Source of the DNA: Phycisphaerae bacterium
GTDB taxonomy: Bacteria; Planctomycetota; Phycisphaerae; UBA1845
NCBI GenBank assembly: GCA_029260155.1
Contig: JAJDDU010000411.1
Span: 1-35,052, forward strand
DNA length: 35,052 nt
Direction of reading: 5' to 3'
Shown: positions 17,630 through 26,354 of the stretch, in pieces
Layout of the letters: each line of letters begins with the position of its first letter
Numbering within the stretch: the stretch's first letter is position 1
Notes under the pieces: model-generated
Seen by the model: the letters and a program-made list of their open reading frames with translations, nothing else
What the model was told of the DNA's origin: nothing
The model's database searches: none
Made by a program: the position numbers and the translations under genes

Positions 17630-18565
17630 ATGAAGGTGCTCCTTGCCAATCCGCGATGTTGCTGTGCGGGAGTTGATCGCGCCGTCGAGATCGTCAAACA
17701 GTCGCTAACGCGTTTTGGTGAAACGGTTTACGTTCGCAAGGAGATCGTGCACAACCGATTTGTTGTGGACCGGTTGCGCGAACAGGGGGCGGTGTTCGTC
17801 GAGGAATTGGCGGAAGTTCCGGAAGGGGCGCTGGCGGTGTACAGCGCCCATGGCGTTTCGCCGGCGGTACGCGACGAAGCCGCCGCGCGGGCGCTGCGGG
17901 TGCTGGACGCGACTTGCCCTCTGGTGACGAAGGTTCACGAAGAAGTGCGACGGTTCGTGGGTGCGGGCTATCACATCGTTCTGATCGGCAAGAAGGGCCA
18001 TGAAGAGGTCGAGGGGACCATGGGCTGCGCGCCCGACGACATCACGCTGATTGAAGACGTCGAACAGGCGCGTTCGGTGACGGTGCCCGAGTCCGACAAG
18101 CTGATGGTGCTGACGCAAACGACGCTGGGCGTGGACGATGCGAAGGTGATCGTGGACGCGCTGCGTGAGCGATTCAGGCATCTTGAGCTGCCGCCGGCTG
18201 AGGATATTTGCTATGCCACGCAGAATCGCCAGAACGCGGTGAAGGCCATGTGCGAACGTGGGATTGAGCTGCTGCTCGTGGTGGGGTCCCGTAATTCGAG
18301 CAATGCCGCGCGGCTTGTGGAGGTGGGCGTGGTTCGCGGCGTGCGCGGGCAATTGATCGACACTGCCGATGATCTCGACCCAGCCACGCTTGAAGGTGCT
18401 GAGACGGTGGGCGTCACGGGCGGAGCGAGCACGCCGGACGCGCTGGTGCAGGGCGTGGTGGGACGACTTCGGGAGTTGGGGGCTGAGGACGTGGAAGTCT
18501 GCACGACTGCGGTGGAGAATACGGTGTTTAAGCTGCCGGACATGCTTGCGGTGAAGGGTGATTGA
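17630..18565 (+). CDS. ispH: 4-hydroxy-3-methylbut-2-enyl diphosphate reductase
   Basis: CAGVDRAV, EIVHN, SAHGVSP, DATCPLVTKVH, GHEEVEG, TQTTL, DICYATQNRQ, VGSRNSSN and GVTGGASTP; all three Fe-S cysteines present. Confidence 0.95.
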   Translation: MKVLLANPRCCCAGVDRAVEIVKQSLTRFGETVYVRKEIVHNRFVVDRLREQGAVFVEELAEVPEGALAVYSAHGVSPAVRDEAAARALRVLDATCPLVTKVHEEVRRFVGAGYHIVLIGKKGHEEVEGTMGCAPDDITLIEDVEQARSVTVPESDKLMVLTQTTLGVDDAKVIVDALRERFRHLELPPAEDICYATQNRQNAVKAMCERGIELLLVVGSRNSSNAARLVEVGVVRGVRGQLIDTADDLDPATLEGAETVGVTGGASTPDALVQGVVGRLRELGAEDVEVCTTAVENTVFKLPDMLAVKGD

Positions 18566-18622
18566 ACGGGTCGTGTGTTGGTGCGGACCCACGGGTTGCG
18601 ACCCGTGGGCGTTTGGGTGGAT

Positions 18623-20290
18623 ATGACGACTGAGACTTCGGTTAATTCGGTAAGCGCGGAGCGCACGCGTGTAATCGGATGGTGGGTATCTGACGGATCG
18701 ACACCCGAACGGGGCGAGTCTGCGCTGTCGGCGGCAGTTCAGCGTCTTGGCGAAGCAGTTCAGCTGGCGGATCGGGGCGATGGAGCGGAGGTCGTTCGAG
18801 GTGGGACGTGTGTGTTCGGCGAGCAACCGGCTGATGGGGTGTTGCCGCTGGTCGGGTATGCGCCGCGGCTGGCTCCGGAGTCTCTCGGGGATCCTGCGTT
18901 TCGCGAGACCCACGGATTGCGGTATGCGTATGTCGGCGGGGCGATGGCAAACGGTATCTCGTCGGTGGAGATGGTCGAGGCGTTGGCGCGCGCCGGGATG
19001 CTCGGCTTCTTTGGGTCGGCCGGGATGTCGCTCGATCGCGTCGAGGCCGCCATCGAGCGAATTCAGCAGAGCGTCGGCGATAGGCCTCACGCTTTCAATC
19101 TGATCCATTCGCCGAACGAACCGCGTAGCGAGGCCGAGGTCGTTGATTTGTACTTGCGACGCGGTGTGCGGCTGGTAAGTGCGTCGGCGTATCTCGATTT
19201 GACGCTGCCATTGGTGCGGTATCGGGTTTCGGGGGTTCACCGGGGGCCTGGCGGCGAGATCGTGACGCCGAATCGGGTCATCGCAAAGGTGTCGCGGACG
19301 GAAGTTGCCCGAAAATTCCTGAGTCCGCCGCCTGCGGACATGCTGCAACAACTTGTCAATGAGAATGTTATCACATCTGAGGCGGCGCAGCTGGCGGCAC
19401 GGGTTCCCGTGGCCGGTGATCTGACGGCGGAGGCGGATTCGGGCGGGCACACGGACAACCGGCCTGCCTGTACGTTGATACCGACGATGCTCGCACTTGC
19501 GGACGAGATTCAGGCAGAGCACGGGTACGCGGAGCGGCTGCGGGTGGGAGCGGCCGGGGGCATTTCGACTCCGGAATCGGCGTCTGCGGCGTTTGCGATG
19601 GGGGCTGCGTATGTTCTGACGGGGTCGGTGAATCAGGCGTGCGTGGAATCCGGGACTTCTGTGGCGGTGCGTGAGATGCTGTGCAAGGCGCGGGAGGCGG
19701 ACATCACGATGGCCCCTGCGGCGGATATGTTCGAGATGGGTGTGAAGGTCCAGGTTCTGAAGTGGGGCACAATGTTTGCGGTCCGGGCGAGGAAACTCTA
19801 CGATCTGTACCGGACATGTGCATCGGTTGAGGAAATACCAGAGTCACAGCGTGTGGTTCTGGAGCGGGATCTTTTCCGATGCACCTTGGCGGAGGCATGG
19901 GCGAAGACGCGGGCGTACTTTGCCGTCCGCGACCCTACGCAGATCGCTCGGGCGGAGCGTGACCCGAAGCACAGGATGGCCTTGGTGTTTCGCGCCTATC
20001 TCGGTCAGTCTTCCGAGTGGGCCAACAGCGGGGATGCGTCACGTCGGGCGGACTACCAGATTTGGTGTGGTCCTTCGATGGGCGCGTTCAACGAATGGGT
20101 GCGTGGGACGTTTCTTGAATCGCCCGAGCATCGGGACGTGGTGACGGTCGGGCTCAACCTGCTGGTTGGTGCGGCTGTTGCGACGCGTGCGGCATGGCTT
20201 CGCGCCTACGGTGTGTCCCTGCCGGCGGCGGCTCGTCGTTTTGCGCCGAGACCGCAGGCAGAGTTGGCGCAGCTGTTGGGCAGCGCGTAA
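18623..20290 (+). CDS. pfaD: PfaD-family FMN-dependent trans-enoyl reductase
   Basis: YVGGAMANGISS, FNLIHSPNEP, AKVSRTEVA, TAEADSGGHTDNRP, GAAGGISTP, LTGSVNQ, APAADMFEMGVKVQVLK and DYQIWCGPSMGAFN. Confidence 0.93.
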   Translation: MTTETSVNSVSAERTRVIGWWVSDGSTPERGESALSAAVQRLGEAVQLADRGDGAEVVRGGTCVFGEQPADGVLPLVGYAPRLAPESLGDPAFRETHGLRYAYVGGAMANGISSVEMVEALARAGMLGFFGSAGMSLDRVEAAIERIQQSVGDRPHAFNLIHSPNEPRSEAEVVDLYLRRGVRLVSASAYLDLTLPLVRYRVSGVHRGPGGEIVTPNRVIAKVSRTEVARKFLSPPPADMLQQLVNENVITSEAAQLAARVPVAGDLTAEADSGGHTDNRPACTLIPTMLALADEIQAEHGYAERLRVGAAGGISTPESASAAFAMGAAYVLTGSVNQACVESGTSVAVREMLCKAREADITMAPAADMFEMGVKVQVLKWGTMFAVRARKLYDLYRTCASVEEIPESQRVVLERDLFRCTLAEAWAKTRAYFAVRDPTQIARAERDPKHRMALVFRAYLGQSSEWANSGDASRRADYQIWCGPSMGAFNEWVRGTFLESPEHRDVVTVGLNLLVGAAVATRAAWLRAYGVSLPAAARRFAPRPQAELAQLLGSA

Positions 20291-20302
20291 GGAGATCAGT
20301 AC

Positions 20303-23300
20303 TTGGCGAAGGTCGACGGCAGTGTGACGGCCACGCAAGCACCGATTGCCATCATCGGCATGGGGTGCTTGTTTCCGCATGCGCCTTCGTTGCGCGAATA
20401 CTGGAGACTGATCCGCTGGTCTGAGGACGGCGTGACGGACGTTCCCGACACGCACTGGTCGATTGATGACTACTACGACGCCGAAGCGAACGGGCGAGAC
20501 CTGACGTACTGTCGTCGGGGGGCGTTTCTTTCGCCGGTCGATTTTGATCCGATGGAGTTCGGGATTCCGCCGTCCACTCTGGAGGCGACGGACACCGCTC
20601 AGCTTCTGGGGCTAAAGGTTGCGAAATCTGCTCTTGAAGACGCGGGCTACGGTTCGGATCGGGAGTTCGACAGAGGGCGGACCAGCGTCATTCTAGGGGT
20701 GACGGGGACGCTGGAGCTGGTGATTCCGCTGGGGGCACGGATGGGCCATCCGCACTGGCGGCGGGCGATGCTTGAAGCCGGCGTGCCGGCGGACGTGTCG
20801 GAGTCGATCATCGAGCGGATTGCCGAGCAGTACGTACCGTGGCAGGAGAACTCGTTTCCAGGATTGCTGGGCAACGTGGTGGCCGGTCGGATTGCGAATC
20901 GGTTGAATCTCCGCGGCACGAACTGCGTGGTGGATGCAGCCTGTGCAAGTTCTCTGAGTGCCATTCACCTGTCACTTCTGGAGTTGAGCACCGGGCGAAC
21001 GGATATGGTGGTCAGCGGCGGGGTCGACGCGCTGAACGACATCTTCATGTTCATGTGTTTCAGCAAGACGCAGGCACTCTCGCCCACCGGGGACGCGAGG
21101 CCTTTCTCGAAGGACGCCGACGGAACGGTGATCGGCGAGGGGATGGGGATGATCGTGCTCAAGCGTCTGGCGGACGCGGAGCGCGACGGCGATCGGGTCT
21201 ACGCGGTGATTCGCGGCGTGGGCACGAGCAGCGACGGGAAATCCCAGAGCATTTACGCGCCGCGAAGCGAGGGGCAGGCTGAGGCGCTGCGATCGGCGTA
21301 TCGGATCAGCGGGATCGACCCGAGTACGGTGCAGCTGGTAGAAGCGCACGGGACGGGGACGAAAGTCGGTGACGTGGTCGAGTTCGACGCACTGAAGACG
21401 GTTTATCGCGAGTCGCGCGCCGAGGGCAAGTGGTGCGGCGTTGGCTCGGTGAAGTCTCAGATCGGGCATACCAAGGCTGCGTCCGGAGTCGCAGGGATCA
21501 TCAAGACGGCGCTGTCACTTCACCACAAGGTGCTGCCCGCAATGATCAAGGTTGGGGAAGCGAATCCGAATCTAGATGTCGATGCGAGTCCGTTCTACCT
21601 GAGCACGGAGACCAGGCCTTGGGTCGGCAAGCGCCCCGCGACGCGCCGTTCGAGCGTGAGTTCGTTCGGTTTCGGCGGGAGCAACTTCCACGCCGTTCTT
21701 GAAGAGTATGGCGATTGCAAGAGTGAGGTGTCCTGGGACGGGACGGTCACGATCATCGCGTTTTCGGCGGATACGAAAGACGGACTCACAGAGCGGCTGA
21801 GCGAGTGGCGCGCGTTGGTCGGCGAAAAGCCGAAGAATGCGGAGATAGCGTTTCGGGCGCGTGAATCGCGTCGCGGATTTCGCGCAGCAGACGAATACCG
21901 TCTGTTGGTCGTGTGCGAGTCGGGCGACGACCTTGTTAAACTGCTTTCCGGAGCGGCGGACCGACTTCGCTCGACGGACGAGGGAACCGCTTCGTGGAAC
22001 CTGCCGAGTGTCTTTTTCGGTGGTCCGCAGGCGCGTGGGAAGATCGCGTTTCTGTTCCCAGGTCAAGCCAGTCAGTACGTGGGAATGGGGCGCGACTTGG
22101 CGTGCATGTTCCCCGAAGCGCAAGACGCCGTCGCGCAGGCGGACGGCGAGAGCGGGCTGTGCGAGCGGATCTATCCGCATCCGGTTTTCGATAAGGGCGT
22201 ACGTGCGGAACAGCAGGCGAGATTGACGCACACGGAGGTTGCTCAGCCCGCGATCGGAGCGGTGAGCCTGGCGTGCTTGCGTGTTCTGGAGCGGTTCGGA
22301 GTGCGTGCGGATTCGGTGGCCGGCCACAGTTACGGTGAGCTTGTCGCGCTTCGGGCGGCGGGGCGCATCGACGATGCCACGTTGCGACACCTTTCGAGCG
22401 TGCGCGGGCGGTTGATGGCCGAGGGCAGCAGCGAGCCGGGCACAATGTTGGCGGTTCGCGCGCCGCTTAACGATATTGACGCGATGCTGACCGAGGAAGC
22501 ATCGGACGCGGTCCTAGCGCATCGCAACGGACCGAAGCAGGGTATTTTGTCGGGCAGTGTTGCGGCCATCGAGGCAGCCGATGCTGCCAGTGCATCGCGC
22601 GGGTGGCAGACGACGCGGTTGGAAGTGTCGGCTGCGTTTCACAGCCGGTTGATGAGCGCGGCGCGAGATCGATTCCGCACGGCGCTCGATGAGGCGTCCA
22701 TGTCCGAAGGTTCCATCCCCGTGATCGCGAATCGCACAGCCGAGGCGTATCCGGAGTCGCCGGACAGCGTTCGGGATATGCTGGCGGACCAACTCGTCTG
22801 CCCGGTGGATTTCGTGCGGTTGATTGAGAACATGCGGTCCAGCGGCGTTCGGCTGTTTGTCGAAGTCGGTCCGCGAAATGTGCTAAGCGGCTTGGTCCGA
22901 TCGATTCTGGGTGACGGATCCCAGGAGGCGGTGTCAATCGATGCCTCGTGCGGCCGCGCATCGGGTGTCACAGACTTTGCACGCGTGCTGGCGCGACTGG
23001 GCGCGATGGGGCATGCGGTGGATCTCGCAGCCTGGGAGCCCGACGTGGCGGAGCCGCGGCATCCAGCCATGGCGGTGCCGCTCATCGGTGCGAACTATCG
23101 GCCCCCTAAGAAGAAAACGTGCGTCGAGCCGAATCGGTCGTGTAAGGCGATATCGGCTAGTAACAACGGAAAAAACTACGTGAGTACGACGGTCGAAAAC
23201 AACGGCAAGAAGACGGCACCGCATGCTATGCGCGCGACGCAACCCATGGCGGCACCAACGCAAACGCCTGCGGTCGCACCCGGTGTGATGCAGGTCGTCC

Positions 23301-26300
23301 AGGAAGGCCTGCGGGCAATGCAGGCGTTGCAGCAGCAGACAGCCGAGGCGCACCAGCGGTTCCTGCAGGGGCAAGAGCTTGCCCAGCAGACGTTCCAGAA
23401 GGTCTTGGAGCACCAGCAGCGTCTCGTGGAGCATAGCCTGGGCATGCCGGTGAGCGCGCCGGAGAACCTGCCGCCCATCGCGCAAATGCCACGGTATGAC
23501 ACTCCTGTCCCGGCCCCCGCGGCCGTGCAAGCCCCCATCGCTGCTGCGGCGACCAGCGGCGACAACGGCGAGCACCGCACACTCGAAACCGCGCCGAAAG
23601 CGGAAGTGAGCGCGGTGGTGGCTGTGAGCGAATCTGTAGAAACTGTGTCGGCAGCGCAGCCTTCGGGATCGACGGAGCTGGAGACGACGCTTCTTGAGGT
23701 GGTCGCGGAATTGACGGGGTATCCGATCGAAATGCTCGATCCGGACATGGACCTTGAGGCCGACCTGGGAATCGACTCGATCAAGCGTGTTGAGATTCTC
23801 GCTTCGGTGCAGACGCGGCTGCCGGGCTTGGAAGCTGTTAATTCGTCGTACATGGGCAGCCTGCGGACACTTCGCAACATCATTGATTACATGGCCAGCC
23901 CCGAAGGCGAAACGAAAACGGATTCGTCACCCGCGCCGGTCGTCGAGGTCGTGGCCGACAACACGCCGTCCACAAGCGTCGATCGTCGCGTACTGCGTGC
24001 GGTCGATCTTCCCGCCATTGGGAAAGGTGACGGCGTTAGGATAGCCCCGGGTCGCGAGGTTTGGGTGCTTGAAGACGCCAACGGACTCGCCGAGGCGATC
24101 AGTGACAACCTTATGGCACTTGGGACGTTGTCGCGGGTGGTGACGAGCGATGCCGAGGTGGGCCACAACGGTGATGCGGCCGTTGGCGGCTTGATTATCG
24201 TGGCGTCCCCCGGCGGCATTTGGGACGAGAATTCGGAAAAGGCGTTGAAAGACGCTTTCAGCCTGACGCAGCGCGTGGGCACGCTTCTTCGCGATGCCGC
24301 GAATGAGGGCGGATCGCTGTTTGCGACGGTGTCGCGGATGGACGGTGCGTTCGGGCTTGTCGGCGGAGAATTCGATCCGGTGCAGGGCGGCTTGGCCGGT
24401 CTGGCAAAGACTGTCTCGCACGAGTGGGCCGGCGTTCGCACGAAGGCACTGGATGTGTCCGCCGGGTGGACCGATCACGCGAAGGCGGCTGATGCCGTCG
24501 TACGTGAGCTGTCGGTTGATGGCCCGATCGAGGTCGGGCTGGACTCTCGCGCGCGTCGCGGGTTGGCGTTGGTCTCGGAACCTGTCAGCGATGCTGAATG
24601 GCGGCCGGAAGCGGGTCAGGCGATCGTGATCTCCGGTGGCGCTCGCGGCGTGACAGCCGAGGTTGCCCACGCGCTCGCCATGCACAACAACCCGATTTTG
24701 GTGCTGCTGGGTCGATCGCCTTCGCCGGAAGATGAGCCGGCGTGGCTGAAAGACGTTTCGGAAGAAGCGGAGATCAAGCGTGCGATCATGGCGCACGGGT
24801 TTGACGCGGCTGCGAAACCGACGCCCGTTCAGTTGGAAGAGGCGTATGGCCGATGCGTAGCGGATCGCGAGATTCGTGCGACGGTTGCTCGACTTGAGCT
24901 TGCGGGCGCTAAGGTGATCTACCGTTCGGTGGATGTGCGTGATGCTGCGGCGGTGGCTGAGGTGATCGCGAAAGCGAGGAAGATCGCCGGTCCGATTGGC
25001 TCGCTCATTCACGGAGCGGGTGTGATTGAAGACCGTTGGATCGCGGACAAGAAAGCCGCACAGTTCGAGCGCGTGTTTGACACCAAGGTGGCTGGCCTGC
25101 GGAATCTGCTCGACGCGATTGGTGACGACAATCTGAAGTCTCTGGTGTTGTTCTCTTCGGTGAGCGGTCGTTTCGGGCGGCAGGGGCAGGTCGACTACGC
25201 GATGGCCAATGAGGTATTGAACAAGGTCGCGCACGCCCAAGCCCGATTGCGGCCTGACTGCCGGGTGGTTTCGATCAACTGGGGACCGTGGGAAGGGGGC
25301 ATGGTCACACCGGGTCTTAGGAAGGAATTTGCGCGGATCGGCGTGGGGCTGGTACCGCTGAAGGAGGGAGCTGAGAGCCTTGTTGCAGAGTTGTCGCAGG
25401 TTGGCGGCGACGTCGAGGTCATGATCGGTTGCGAACTCCCTTCGTCTGAGCCCATGTCGCAACCGGCCGCTACGGAACTATCGCCCGCGTTCAAGCGCCT
25501 GCTCGATATCGACCGTCATCCGTTTCTTCGATCGCATGTGATCGGGGGGCATCCGGTTCTTCCGGTGGCGGTGATTCTGGAGTGGCTTGGTCACGGTGCG
25601 TTGCATGACAACCCGGGGCTGCTGCTGCATGGGTTCGAGGACTTCCGGGTACTCAAGGGTGTGGTGCTGACCAACGGGCCGGCTGATCTGCGTGTGACGG
25701 CTTCGAAGGCGAGACGAAACGGATCGCTGTTTGAGGTTGACGTTGAACTGCGTGGCCACGCGTCGAACGGCCGTGAGACGCCGCACGCGCGTGCCCGGGC
25801 CATCCTCGCTACGGCGTTGCCGGCACCGCCGACATTCAGCCCGCCCGAGGAAATCGGCTGTCGCACATACGCCCGCGGTGTCGAGGGTGCGTACAATGAA
25901 GTGCTGTTCCACGGTCCCGGTTTTCAAGGGATTGAACGGGTTGCAGGTTACTCAGCCGAGGGGATGGTCGCGTACGTGCGTTCGGCGGCGGGGCCGTCGG
26001 ATTGGATGAGCGAGCCCGTGCGTAGCGCGTGGCTTGGCGATCCACTGGTGGTGGATGCCGGGTTGCAGATCGGAATCTTGTGGTGTCACGAGGAGTTGGG
26101 CGCGGTTTCGCTTCCGAGTTCCGGCGCGGGATACTATCAGTATCGGCCGTCTTTCCCGGAGATTGGGGTCAGCGCGGTCTTGGAAATCCGTTCGGCGAAT
26201 GAGACACAGATGACGGCCGACGTCACGTTTCTTGACGAAGCCGGCATCGTGGTCGCACAGATGAGAGGCTTCTCGTGGACGGTGGACGCGTCTTTGCAGG

Positions 26301-26344
26301 CTGCGTTCGGGCGTGAAGCGGTGGCCGGCGCTCAGTCGTCATAG
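20303..26344 (+). CDS. pfaA: PfaA-like iterative PKS: KS-MAT-ACP(x1)-KR-DH
   Basis: TTG after AAGGAG. KS DAACASS/EAHGTGT/IGHTK; MAT GHSYG/AFHS; one ACP (LEADLGIDSIKRVEIL, ~23678-23893); KR GGARGVT/FSSVSGRFGRQGQVDYAMAN; DH FLRSHVIGGHPVLP...DAGLQ. Confidence 0.92.
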   Translation: MAKVDGSVTATQAPIAIIGMGCLFPHAPSLREYWRLIRWSEDGVTDVPDTHWSIDDYYDAEANGRDLTYCRRGAFLSPVDFDPMEFGIPPSTLEATDTAQLLGLKVAKSALEDAGYGSDREFDRGRTSVILGVTGTLELVIPLGARMGHPHWRRAMLEAGVPADVSESIIERIAEQYVPWQENSFPGLLGNVVAGRIANRLNLRGTNCVVDAACASSLSAIHLSLLELSTGRTDMVVSGGVDALNDIFMFMCFSKTQALSPTGDARPFSKDADGTVIGEGMGMIVLKRLADAERDGDRVYAVIRGVGTSSDGKSQSIYAPRSEGQAEALRSAYRISGIDPSTVQLVEAHGTGTKVGDVVEFDALKTVYRESRAEGKWCGVGSVKSQIGHTKAASGVAGIIKTALSLHHKVLPAMIKVGEANPNLDVDASPFYLSTETRPWVGKRPATRRSSVSSFGFGGSNFHAVLEEYGDCKSEVSWDGTVTIIAFSADTKDGLTERLSEWRALVGEKPKNAEIAFRARESRRGFRAADEYRLLVVCESGDDLVKLLSGAADRLRSTDEGTASWNLPSVFFGGPQARGKIAFLFPGQASQYVGMGRDLACMFPEAQDAVAQADGESGLCERIYPHPVFDKGVRAEQQARLTHTEVAQPAIGAVSLACLRVLERFGVRADSVAGHSYGELVALRAAGRIDDATLRHLSSVRGRLMAEGSSEPGTMLAVRAPLNDIDAMLTEEASDAVLAHRNGPKQGILSGSVAAIEAADAASASRGWQTTRLEVSAAFHSRLMSAARDRFRTALDEASMSEGSIPVIANRTAEAYPESPDSVRDMLADQLVCPVDFVRLIENMRSSGVRLFVEVGPRNVLSGLVRSILGDGSQEAVSIDASCGRASGVTDFARVLARLGAMGHAVDLAAWEPDVAEPRHPAMAVPLIGANYRPPKKKTCVEPNRSCKAISASNNGKNYVSTTVENNGKKTAPHAMRATQPMAAPTQTPAVAPGVMQVVQEGLRAMQALQQQTAEAHQRFLQGQELAQQTFQKVLEHQQRLVEHSLGMPVSAPENLPPIAQMPRYDTPVPAPAAVQAPIAAAATSGDNGEHRTLETAPKAEVSAVVAVSESVETVSAAQPSGSTELETTLLEVVAELTGYPIEMLDPDMDLEADLGIDSIKRVEILASVQTRLPGLEAVNSSYMGSLRTLRNIIDYMASPEGETKTDSSPAPVVEVVADNTPSTSVDRRVLRAVDLPAIGKGDGVRIAPGREVWVLEDANGLAEAISDNLMALGTLSRVVTSDAEVGHNGDAAVGGLIIVASPGGIWDENSEKALKDAFSLTQRVGTLLRDAANEGGSLFATVSRMDGAFGLVGGEFDPVQGGLAGLAKTVSHEWAGVRTKALDVSAGWTDHAKAADAVVRELSVDGPIEVGLDSRARRGLALVSEPVSDAEWRPEAGQAIVISGGARGVTAEVAHALAMHNNPILVLLGRSPSPEDEPAWLKDVSEEAEIKRAIMAHGFDAAAKPTPVQLEEAYGRCVADREIRATVARLELAGAKVIYRSVDVRDAAAVAEVIAKARKIAGPIGSLIHGAGVIEDRWIADKKAAQFERVFDTKVAGLRNLLDAIGDDNLKSLVLFSSVSGRFGRQGQVDYAMANEVLNKVAHAQARLRPDCRVVSINWGPWEGGMVTPGLRKEFARIGVGLVPLKEGAESLVAELSQVGGDVEVMIGCELPSSEPMSQPAATELSPAFKRLLDIDRHPFLRSHVIGGHPVLPVAVILEWLGHGALHDNPGLLLHGFEDFRVLKGVVLTNGPADLRVTASKARRNGSLFEVDVELRGHASNGRETPHARARAILATALPAPPTFSPPEEIGCRTYARGVEGAYNEVLFHGPGFQGIERVAGYSAEGMVAYVRSAAGPSDWMSEPVRSAWLGDPLVVDAGLQIGILWCHEELGAVSLPSSGAGYYQYRPSFPEIGVSAVLEIRSANETQMTADVTFLDEAGIVVAQMRGFSWTVDASLQAAFGREAVAGAQSS

Positions 26345-26354
26345 GTGAAGATCG

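Noticed and set aside
17705-25462. Long antisense ORFs (17705-19522, 23927-25462; likewise 5092-6633)
   Set aside because: Expected shadows of GC-rich coding genes, with Arg-rich or motif-free translations.
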